Below, one piece after another: positions 1 through 7,085 of a DNA stretch of 37,014 nt (position 1 is the stretch's first letter; every line of letters starts with the position of its first letter). The stretch is from Gammaproteobacteria bacterium (lineage in GTDB: Bacteria > Pseudomonadota > Gammaproteobacteria > UBA1113): contig JBIPMB010000001.1 in the NCBI GenBank assembly GCA_044369355.1, positions 1-37,014 on the forward strand, read 5' to 3'. The notes under the pieces were generated by a model. The model saw only the letters and a program-made list of their open reading frames with translations. It was not told where the DNA came from and did no database searches. The position numbers and the translations under genes are program-made.

Positions 1-2398
1 AGAACAATTCGACGATATCCCCTTAAAAACAGTCAATGGTGCAGTTGTACGTATAAAGGACATAGGCTACGCCACCTTGGGCGCCTTAAATTACAACAGT
101 TCTGCATATTTTAACGGTAAACCCATGACGGTCATGGCCATATTCCCTACTTCTGACGCCAATCCCTTAGCCGTATCGAAGGAAATTAAGGCGATACTAC
201 CCTCGCTGCAAACCAAGATGCCTCCGGGTTTAAACGTAAATACAGTTTACGATTCTTCTATCTTTATTCAAGAATCCATTACCGAGGTGGATAAAACGAT
301 CGTCGAAGCCGTTATTTTCGTGATCTTCGTTATCTTCTTATTCTTGGGCAATTTCCGTGCTGTGTTGATCCCTATCATAACGATTCCCTTATCTCTCATT
401 GGTGTTTGCGTGATCATGATGGCCTTGGGCTATAGCTTAAATACCTTAACGCTATTAGCGTGGGTATTGGCCATTGGTTTGGTGGTGGATGATGCCATCG
501 TCGTGTTAGAAAATATCCATAGGCATATGGAAAATGGCATGAAACCCATTCCCGCGGCCATTATAGGCGCGCGCGAAATTGGTTTTGCTATCATCGCCAT
601 GACCATTACCTTAGCCGCGGTGTATGCCCCCATTGGTTTCTCCGGCGGTATTACCGGTATTTTGTTTTCTGAATTTGCGTTTACGCTCGCGGCAGCTGTT
701 GTTGTATCGGGCTTTATCGCTTTAACCCTATCACCGATGATGTGTTCACGTCTCCTCAAGGTAGAACACGATCCTAACAGCAAAAGTATTGCTCATAAAA
801 TTGACGCTATTTTTACAAAGATTATGGCAAAGTATCGTGCTCGATTACAAAAAGTACTTAACAAAAAGCACTATGTAGTTATTTTTACCGTGCTCATGTG
901 GCTCGCTTGTTATTTTATCTATACCACCACACGTGAAACCTTAACGCCCCTAGAAGATCAAGGTGTTATAGTCACTTCATTCAACGCCCCTGCAGGCAAT
1001 AATGTTAACTATACAGAAAAGTTTAGTACTGCTCTCAATGCTATCTACGAAAAACAAACCGAGGTTCAGCACCTAGGCGTTATCAATGGCACCACCAGTG
1101 ATAATGTGGGTATTGCCTTTGCCCCCTTAGTGAATTGGAACGAACGCAAACGCTCGCAGTTTGATATTATGGCTGCAGTACAACCCGCCTTAAATGCCAT
1201 TCCCGGTTTACAAGCCTATGCCGTGCCTTACCCGTCTATTCCTCTGCCAGGCGGTTCATTCGGAATTTATTTTGCCATTTCTAGCCCGGACGGTATAAAC
1301 ACCTTGTTGCCCGCTATCAATGGTTTGCAAGAAGCCGTAGCCAATAATCCCGGTTTTAGACCTGGAGCACAAATTGATCTAAAGGTTGACCAACCGCAAA
1401 TTAACATCACCATAGATCGTCTGAAAGGCAGCGATCTGGGCGTCAGCGAAAGTTCTATAAGCAACTCACTAGCAGCTATGTTTGCTTCACCGCAAAATTT
1501 GCAGTTTTCTTATAATAACCGTAGCTATTATGTGGTACCGGAATTTATCAAGAACTTCAACTTTGAAGCCTCTCCCGATGACTTACAAAATATATACGTG
1601 AGAAGCACTACCACTCAGCAGCTGATCCCTTTATCCAATCTTGCAAAGATAGAAAACACGGTGCAACCGGAAAGTATCAACCATTTCCAACAAATTCCCT
1701 CGGCCACTCTGCAAGCTAACTTATTGGGTAACTACAGTACCAGTCAAGCTGTCAGCTTTTTAAGCGATTATATGACTAAAAATTTCCCTAAGATTAGTTT
1801 TAACTATGGTGGACAAACCCGTTATTACATAGCATCACAAGGTGAAATGACGCAAGTGATGTTATTCGCTATTATTATTATCTTCTTGGTGTTAGCGGCA
1901 CAGTTTGAAAGCTTTAGAGATCCGTTGATCATCCTCATCGTTGTACCTATCACCATCGCCACTGCTATTGCTGTCCTGCGCTTATTCGGCGGTAATTTAA
2001 ATATTTACAGTAAGATTGGTATAACCACGCTGATAGGCTTAATTGCCAAACACGGTATTTTGATCGTGGAATTTGCTAACCAGCTACAAGAAAAAGGTAT
2101 GTCTAAACTGGATGCAGTGATCGAATCTGCTACCCTGAGATTAAGACCCATATTAATGACCACCGGTGCTATGGTGTTAGGTGCCCTGCCCTTGGCCTTT
2201 GCTAGCGGCGCAGGTGCAAACTCGCGTATGCAAATCGGTATCATCATCGTTGCCGGTATGACCTTTGGTACGCTGTGTTCCTTATTCGTAGTACCGGCTT
2301 GGTATTTGTTGTTAGCAAATACTAAAGAAACCAATCCGCAGATGGAACGCGACATTGAAGACGCTATAGAGAAAATGAAGACGCTGGATGGTGAATAA
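1..2398 (+). CDS. RND (AcrB/HAE1-type) efflux pump inner-membrane permease, 5' end outside window
   Basis: The reading frame is open from base 2, so the listed ORF 77..2398 begins at an internal TTG. It has multiple TM segments with large soluble loops. The motif LAIGLVVDDAIVVLENI is typical of RND permeases. Confidence 0.9.
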   Translation, partial: EQFDDIPLKTVNGAVVRIKDIGYATLGALNYNSSAYFNGKPMTVMAIFPTSDANPLAVSKEIKAILPSLQTKMPPGLNVNTVYDSSIFIQESITEVDKTIVEAVIFVIFVIFLFLGNFRAVLIPIITIPLSLIGVCVIMMALGYSLNTLTLLAWVLAIGLVVDDAIVVLENIHRHMENGMKPIPAAIIGAREIGFAIIAMTITLAAVYAPIGFSGGITGILFSEFAFTLAAAVVVSGFIALTLSPMMCSRLLKVEHDPNSKSIAHKIDAIFTKIMAKYRARLQKVLNKKHYVVIFTVLMWLACYFIYTTTRETLTPLEDQGVIVTSFNAPAGNNVNYTEKFSTALNAIYEKQTEVQHLGVINGTTSDNVGIAFAPLVNWNERKRSQFDIMAAVQPALNAIPGLQAYAVPYPSIPLPGGSFGIYFAISSPDGINTLLPAINGLQEAVANNPGFRPGAQIDLKVDQPQINITIDRLKGSDLGVSESSISNSLAAMFASPQNLQFSYNNRSYYVVPEFIKNFNFEASPDDLQNIYVRSTTTQQLIPLSNLAKIENTVQPESINHFQQIPSATLQANLLGNYSTSQAVSFLSDYMTKNFPKISFNYGGQTRYYIASQGEMTQVMLFAIIIIFLVLAAQFESFRDPLIILIVVPITIATAIAVLRLFGGNLNIYSKIGITTLIGLIAKHGILIVEFANQLQEKGMSKLDAVIESATLRLRPILMTTGAMVLGALPLAFASGAGANSRMQIGIIIVAGMTFGTLCSLFVVPAWYLLLANTKETNPQMERDIEDAIEKMKTLDGE

Positions 2399-2400
2399 AA

Positions 2401-2424
2401 TAGAGGGCGGTTTATCGCCCTCTA
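2401..2424 (+). terminator. GC-rich hairpin directly after the RND stop codon
   Basis: TAGAGGGCG / CGCCCTCTA form a 9-bp perfect stem with a 6-nt loop, starting 3 nt after the TAA. No clear U-tract follows. Confidence 0.5.
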
Positions 2425-2699
2425 TGGCTAAACTTCAAAAGCGTAGAGCTACTCGCTTGTTCGCAATTGTACGTGAGAACTATGTTATAAATTGGGATAT
2501 GAGGAGAGCCGTTAGCAACTGTCTTGAACTGGGTAAATTTCACTCTGTTTTTAGAGTTTTTTATTACCCCCTCAAGTCGCGCCCTGCAAGATTATTACCC
2601 TTACCTTGCTCCGTGAGGGGCGCGATGCTGCCAACTCGCACAACGTCTCTAACGAGACACTGTGCTCGCTGGCCAGCTGAACTTTATCCTTGTATCCGC

Positions 2700-2930
2700 T
2701 TAACTTTCACAGGATACAATTGCTCCTGTCTTTGTGTTTATGGTTTCTAAATATCTCTTTTCTTTCTTCTCATCCCATAGGCTATTGCTTTTTACCATAG
2801 CATTGAGTATCAATAATAACTTATGCATTGCTGCCGTTACAGCTACCATTTTTGCTTTGCCTGCTGCTAATAACCGTTGATAAAATGCTCTTATATACCC
2901 ATCGCCAATGAAGATGCGAGAACGATGCAC
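2700..2930 (-). pseudogene. IS110/IS1111-family transposase, C-terminal fragment only
   Basis: The translation ...YIRAFYQRLLAAGKAKMVAVTAAMHKLLLILNAMVKSNSLW matches the conserved C-terminal signature of IS110-family transposases as I recall it (FYxRLxxxGKxxKVAxxAxxRKLLxILNAM). The N-terminal catalytic domain is absent. Confidence 0.55.
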
Positions 2931-3086
2931 TATCTCTTATTGAGAGCTCAGAATACTGGCCCAAAGCCATCGTTGCCGTTGTGTCAAACATGCCGTCAAT
3001 ACATCCTTGTAGGCTCGGTCGCGACATCCTGTCGCTCACGGTTTGCCACAACTTTGCAAAGGTGACTTTGAGCCTAAGTTCTGCGG
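2905..3086. repeat. Left arm of long inverted repeat
   Basis: Contains 29-bp (2962..2990) and 47-bp (3013..3059) blocks whose exact reverse complements occur at 4359..4387 and 4290..4336. Confidence 0.85.
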
Positions 3087-3115
3087 TTTTTATCTAGAAA
3101 AGAAGAAAACTCTAT

Positions 3116-3143
3116 TTGACAAAATGGCAAAGATTGTTAATAC
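3116..3143 (+). promoter_or_regulatory. Sigma70-like promoter upstream of the IS630 transposase
   Basis: TTGACA, 16-nt spacer, TAATAC, about 40 nt upstream of the ATG at 3183. Motif match only. Confidence 0.35.
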
Positions 3144-3182
3144 CCTATTGCAAAGCTGAAATAGATGTGATCAAATAAGGAT

Positions 3183-4211
3183 ATGAACCAAAAACTTAGC
3201 AAAAAAGAACGTGAAAATTTGTTGCAATCGCATCGTCAAGAGCGAGATAAGCGCGTGTGCGACCGAATAAAAGCAGTGCTAGCGTATGATGATGGTTACA
3301 GTTATGCAGAAATTGCAAAAATTCTCCTGTTAGATGACGAAACGATACGCCGTCATGTAGAAGATTATTTCTGTAAGGTGAAGCTAAAGCCGGAGAATGG
3401 AGGCAGCAGTAGTCATTTAAGCGTAAAGGAAAGCTTGTGGGTGAAAGCTCATCTAGAAGAAAATACTTATTTGTACGTTAAAGATATTTGTGCTTATGTA
3501 AAAGATAGATTTAACAAAAGATATAGTATAAGTGGTATGACAAAATGGCTGCATCAGCAAGGGTTTTGTTACAAGAAGCCCCACGGTGTACCGGCAAAAG
3601 CGGACAAGAAAGAGCAGGAAAAGTTTATAAAACGATATGCGCAATTAATAGATAAAACCCGAGGAAAAGAGCCTATTTACTTCGTAGACAGCGTGCATCC
3701 ACATCATCAAACAAGACTGACTTATGGATGGATATTAAAGGGAGTACGCAAAGATATTGCAATGACGGGTAGACAATATAAAGTCAACATCATTGGTGGA
3801 ATAAATCTAGATGGGCACAAACTAATATACAATCCAGTAGATAAAGTAGATGGTGAAGCGATCGGGGGATTTTTATTAGACTTGCGCAAACGGCATCCTG
3901 AAAAATGTAAGCTTCACATTATTTGGGATAACGCAGGATACCATCGGGATAAAGAAATAATAGAGCTAGCAAAGAAGTTAGCTATTGAATTACATTATTT
4001 ACCGCCGTATTCGCCGAACCTTAATCCTATAGAGCGCTTATGGAAGATAATGCATGAATGGGTAACTAATAATAGATATTATGAAACATTTTTAGAGTTT
4101 AGCGAAGCCATCATGAATTTTTTTAAGCTGATAGGCAGACATAAGAATATTTTACGGGCACGAATCACTGATAATTTTAGAGCGATACAATCACCGTTAT
4201 TCTCGCCTTAA
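3183..4211 (+). CDS. IS630/Tc1-mariner-family DDE transposase, apparently intact (342 aa)
   Basis: It has an N-terminal HTH region (YSYAEIAKILLLDDETIRRHV). The DDE signature reads YFVDSVHP ... IIWDNAGYHR ... LPPYSPNLNPIERLW, and PYSPxLNPIE is the classic IS630 motif. Confidence 0.9.
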   Translation: MNQKLSKKERENLLQSHRQERDKRVCDRIKAVLAYDDGYSYAEIAKILLLDDETIRRHVEDYFCKVKLKPENGGSSSHLSVKESLWVKAHLEENTYLYVKDICAYVKDRFNKRYSISGMTKWLHQQGFCYKKPHGVPAKADKKEQEKFIKRYAQLIDKTRGKEPIYFVDSVHPHHQTRLTYGWILKGVRKDIAMTGRQYKVNIIGGINLDGHKLIYNPVDKVDGEAIGGFLLDLRKRHPEKCKLHIIWDNAGYHRDKEIIELAKKLAIELHYLPPYSPNLNPIERLWKIMHEWVTNNRYYETFLEFSEAIMNFFKLIGRHKNILRARITDNFRAIQSPLFSP

Positions 4212-4262
4212 GAAAATAAGATAAGTATTTTAATGGGATTTTCTACATTTTCATGTAACGAA

Positions 4263-4429
4263 GCGCGGAACTTAAGTTCAAAGCCATCGTTGCAAAGTTG
4301 TGGCAAACCGTGAGCGACAGGATGTCGCGACCGAGCCCCCATGGATGGGTTTACGGCGTGTTTGACACAACGGCAACGATGGCTTTGAACGAGTAACCTG
4401 TGAGTTTGAGAATCTCGCATCTTGAAGTG
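4263..4429. repeat. Right arm of long inverted repeat; itself a long hairpin
   Basis: It is the reverse complement of the left arm. Internally, 4279..4293 CAAAGCCATCGTTGC pairs perfectly with 4373..4387 GCAACGATGGCTTTG. Confidence 0.85.
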
Positions 4430-4942
4430 GAATGGGTAAAGAAGGGAGTTTCTTTAAAAAAATTAAAGAAGACAGTCAAAGAGCTACTTTCAATAACCGG
4501 GGGGTCTTCATTATCTGTAGCAGCAACTGTGCCATAATGACTATCTGGTTTGTCATTCAGTAAGGAAATATTTGTAACGCTGTTTTCTTCTGGAGGTTGG
4601 CTCTCAAAATCAGTTTGTATTTGCATGGCATCTTCATAAGTTATACGCATTTTTTTAAAAGCCTATTTTGATTTCTCAATAGCAACATTATACCATTATC
4701 ATGAATATGTTCTCTTGCGAAAAGGGCCTTTATGTGAATAAACTATTATCCTTTCTGATGATGTACGCATTATAATGGTGAGGGGTAAACGCAATTAAAT
4801 TTGTTTTGAGGTTAAAATTCCAAAAAATATTGATGTACATTATAAAAAGAAAGGGAATATGCATTGAAAATTGAAATAGATGATAACTATAGCTATTATA
4901 TCTGAGGATGTAGTCGTATCAAGAGGATATTGTGTTTCAGAA

Positions 4943-4962
4943 GGGCGGTTTGTTTGCCGCCC
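4943..4962 (-). terminator. Hairpin downstream of rplS
   Basis: GGGCGG / CCGCCC form a 6-bp stem with an 8-nt loop, about 20 nt past the rplS stop. The U-tract is weak. Confidence 0.35.
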
Positions 4963-4983
4963 TATAGATTAACGCCAGAAGAT

Positions 4984-5358
4984 CTATTCTTCAGCTTTCT
5001 TCTTCTTAGGCATTAGCTTTTCTTTAATACGTGCTGCACGACCTGTTAAGCCACGTAGATAATATAATTTAGAACGGCGCACATCACCGCGACGGATTAC
5101 TTCGATGCTGGCCAAGGCAGGGCTGTATGTTAAGAAAACGCGTTCTACGCCTTCACCATGAGAAATTTTTCTTACTGTAAATGCGGAATTTAAGCCACGA
5201 TTACGCTTAGCAATAATGACGCCTTCAAAAGCCTGTATACGTTCGTTGGTGCCTTCTTTGACTTTAACGTTGACAATGACCGTATCACCAGGATTAAATT
5301 CTGGAATTTTCTTGCCTTCCATTTGTTGCGCTTCGATCTGTTGAATTAATTTACTCAT
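4984..5358 (-). CDS. rplS: 50S ribosomal protein L19
   Basis: The translation ...[46 protein letters not shown]... is a typical L19. An AGGAG RBS lies upstream. Confidence 0.97.
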   Translation of the reverse strand: MSKLIQQIEAQQMEGKKIPEFNPGDTVIVNVKVKEGTNERIQAFEGVIIAKRNRGLNSAFTVRKISHGEGVERVFLTYSPALASIEVIRRGDVRRSKLYYLRGLTGRAARIKEKLMPKKKKAEE

Positions 5359-5382
5359 TATAATCTCCTCTAGTTACTTCTT

Positions 5383-5513
5383 TATACTCTTCGCATTTGA
5401 CCTTTAGGCTTTGTTGCCTTCGCCCATCTCGCATCCAGTATATGACATAAGTACGTCAATCCTTTTGCTCGAGAGCTAGGCGCCTCGCCTAAAAATCAAC
5501 TGCTGTGAGTAAG
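5383..5513. repeat. 131-bp MITE-like dispersed element, copy A (trmD/rplS junction)
   Basis: About 115/131 positions are identical to 9596..9726 by manual alignment, in the same orientation. The terminal inverted repeats are imperfect (~27 bp). Confidence 0.85.
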
Positions 5514-6236
5514 CTCAGCTAATATCTTCTTTTCCTCGGCGCTTAATTGCGCTGATTCTAATAAATCGGGTCGTTTTGCCAGTGTACGCTGTAAAGCCAT
5601 GCGGCTACGCCAGCGAGCAATCGCTTGATGATCTCCCGACAACAATACTTCGGGCACCCTAGCCCCTTCATCATTTTCTGGTCGCGTGTAATGTGGATAT
5701 TCCAACAAACCGCGGCTAAATGAATCTTCATCGGCCGAGGTGTTATCTCCCAAGGCCCCCGGTAGCAATCTTACCATGGCATCGATCACTGCCATGGCAG
5801 CAAACTCGCCACCGCTTAATACATAATCGCCTATAGAACATTCTTCATCCACTAGGCTCTCAATGAGTCGCTCGTCTATGCCTTCATAGCGACCACACAA
5901 TAAAACCAAATTATGCGTGGTTAATTTTTCTTTTAACCGTACTACGCCAGATTGTTTCAACAACGCACCCTGCGGGCTTAAATATACCACCCACAGAGGC
6001 TTATCACGCTCAGCCTGAATATGAAGTATGGCTTTACGCAAAGGTTTTGCCATCATCACCATTCCCGGGCCACCGCCATAAGGTTTATCATCCACCGTGC
6101 GATGTTTATCCTCGCTGTAATAGCGCACATCCCAGCAGGTGATATGCAACAGACCGTTTTTTACAGCGCGGCCTAAGACCCCATACTGCAGCGCTTGAAA
6201 CATCTCAGGTATAACACTGATGATATCAATATTCAC
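5496..6236 (-). CDS. trmD: tRNA (guanine37-N1)-methyltransferase
   Basis: The full-length translation has the TrmD hallmarks (DDKPYGGGPGMVM, GRYEGIDERL). The last 5 codons and the stop lie inside repeat copy A. Confidence 0.97.
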   Translation of the reverse strand: MNIDIISVIPEMFQALQYGVLGRAVKNGLLHITCWDVRYYSEDKHRTVDDKPYGGGPGMVMMAKPLRKAILHIQAERDKPLWVVYLSPQGALLKQSGVVRLKEKLTTHNLVLLCGRYEGIDERLIESLVDEECSIGDYVLSGGEFAAMAVIDAMVRLLPGALGDNTSADEDSFSRGLLEYPHYTRPENDEGARVPEVLLSGDHQAIARWRSRMALQRTLAKRPDLLESAQLSAEEKKILAELTHSS

Positions 6237-6758
6237 TTAAAAATCCGCATCCCAATCAACAATTATTTGTTGTAGCGTTTTGTCTACCGATTTTAAAAAG
6301 CGATCTTTAATCAGCGGGATTAAATATTCTTTTTCACCCGCGATCACTAATAATTCATGGGCGCCGCTATCTATAAACCCTGTTACTTTGCCTAGTTGTA
6401 CGCCTGCTACATTGATGGCGCTAAAGCCGACAATATCGTTTATATAAAATTCATCTTCTGCCAATGGCGGAAAATCGCTACGCGCTATGGCTATATCAAC
6501 GCTGGTCAAAAAACGCACTGCTTCGGGGCTGTCATAGCCCACTAAATGTACGACCCAACCCTTGCCATGTCTAGCGTGGTCATCATGCTTAATGAGTGAC
6601 CAACTGTCGCGCTCTGGACTATACCAATTGGTATAAGCCAGTAAATTTTCTTCTGGCTCGGTAAAGGACTGTACTTTAATCCAACCCTTGACGCCAAAAG
6701 GCGAACCAAAGCGGCCAATGACTATTTTTTGTTCTGTATCCGCTTTGCTCATGGTCAT
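6237..6758 (-). CDS. rimM: 16S rRNA processing protein RimM
   Basis: The N-terminus IVIGRFGSPFGVKGWIKV is typical of RimM. It occupies the conserved rpsP-rimM-trmD-rplS position. Confidence 0.95.
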   Translation of the reverse strand: MTMSKADTEQKIVIGRFGSPFGVKGWIKVQSFTEPEENLLAYTNWYSPERDSWSLIKHDDHARHGKGWVVHLVGYDSPEAVRFLTSVDIAIARSDFPPLAEDEFYINDIVGFSAINVAGVQLGKVTGFIDSGAHELLVIAGEKEYLIPLIKDRFLKSVDKTLQQIIVDWDADF

Positions 6759-6760
6759 TA

Positions 6761-7039
6761 TTAGGCAGCAACAGCAGCCTTAATCTCTTGGTTATTGTTT
6801 TTAGCATATTCTTTAACCAATGATTTGACGCGATCGCTCATTTGTGCACCAGTAGCCAGCCATTTTGCTAAAATAGCGGGATCTAGGCGCAAACGGACTT
6901 CTTGCCCGCGGGCTATTGGGTTAAAAATGCCCACTCTTTCGATAAGGCGACCATCACGCGGACAACGGCTGTCAGCAACAACGATGTGATAAAAAGGGCG
7001 TTTTTTAGCGCCACCTCTGGACAAACGGATAACAACCAT
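6761..7039 (-). CDS. rpsP: 30S ribosomal protein S16
   Basis: The translation begins [25 protein letters not shown]..., which is characteristic of S16. Confidence 0.97.
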   Translation of the reverse strand: MVVIRLSRGGAKKRPFYHIVVADSRCPRDGRLIERVGIFNPIARGQEVRLRLDPAILAKWLATGAQMSDRVKSLVKEYAKNNNQEIKAAVAA

Positions 7040-7057
7040 ACTGTTAAAAACCTCTAT

Positions 7058-7085
7058 AGTATAAAATAGTGGGGTATTCTAGCAA
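7058..7085 (-). promoter_or_regulatory. Sigma70-like promoter for the rpsP operon
   Basis: On the minus strand: TTGCTA (7085..7080), 16-nt spacer, TATACT (7063..7058). It overlaps the stop codon of the upstream 470-aa ORF. Motif match only. Confidence 0.4.

Larger units (their letters stand above)
2894..4440. mobile_element. ~1.55-kb palindromic element carrying an intact IS630-family transposase; outer boundaries approximate
   Basis: Long inverted arms at 2905..3086 and 4263..4429 bracket the transposase ORF. The outer ends TATACCCATCGCCAATGAAGATGCGAGA and TCTCGCATCTTGAAGTGGAATGGGTAAA are imperfect inverted repeats, about 21/28 by eye. Confidence 0.6.

Noticed and set aside
430-2355. Several 65-117-aa antisense ORFs inside the RND gene. 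Similar shadow ORFs lie inside mnmG, rnr, plsX, fabG, PiT and the MFS genes.
   Set aside because: Each lies entirely within, and antisense or out of frame to, a strongly supported conserved gene. They are typical shadow ORFs.
2388-2750. A 120-aa plus-strand ORF overlapping the end of the RND gene.
   Set aside because: It runs through the RND terminator hairpin and the non-coding tail of the IS1111-like remnant. Its composition is not protein-like and it has no RBS.
2821-3051. Possible extension of the IS110/IS1111 pseudogene into the left palindrome arm, since LQGCIDGMFDTTATMALGQ vaguely resembles the IPGIGxxTAxxLxAExG motif.
   Set aside because: The resemblance is weak and needs gaps, a frameshift and a large deletion. 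The same DNA is duplicated in inverted form at 4290..4387, which fits a structural repeat better.
4351-4650. A 99-aa minus-strand ORF next to the palindromic element, possibly the start of a disrupted gene.
   Set aside because: It has no RBS, and its last ~26 codons are the right arm of the palindrome read in frame. The remaining ~73 codons have no recognisable features. It could be a disrupted gene fragment, but I cannot support a call.
5437-5460. TTGACG and TATACT hexamers inside the 131-bp element (minus strand), considered as an element-borne promoter for rplS/parB.
   Set aside because: The spacer between the hexamers is only ~11 nt, and copy B has GTGACG instead of TTGACG. This is not a canonical sigma70 promoter. 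It is left as something to test by 5'-end mapping only.
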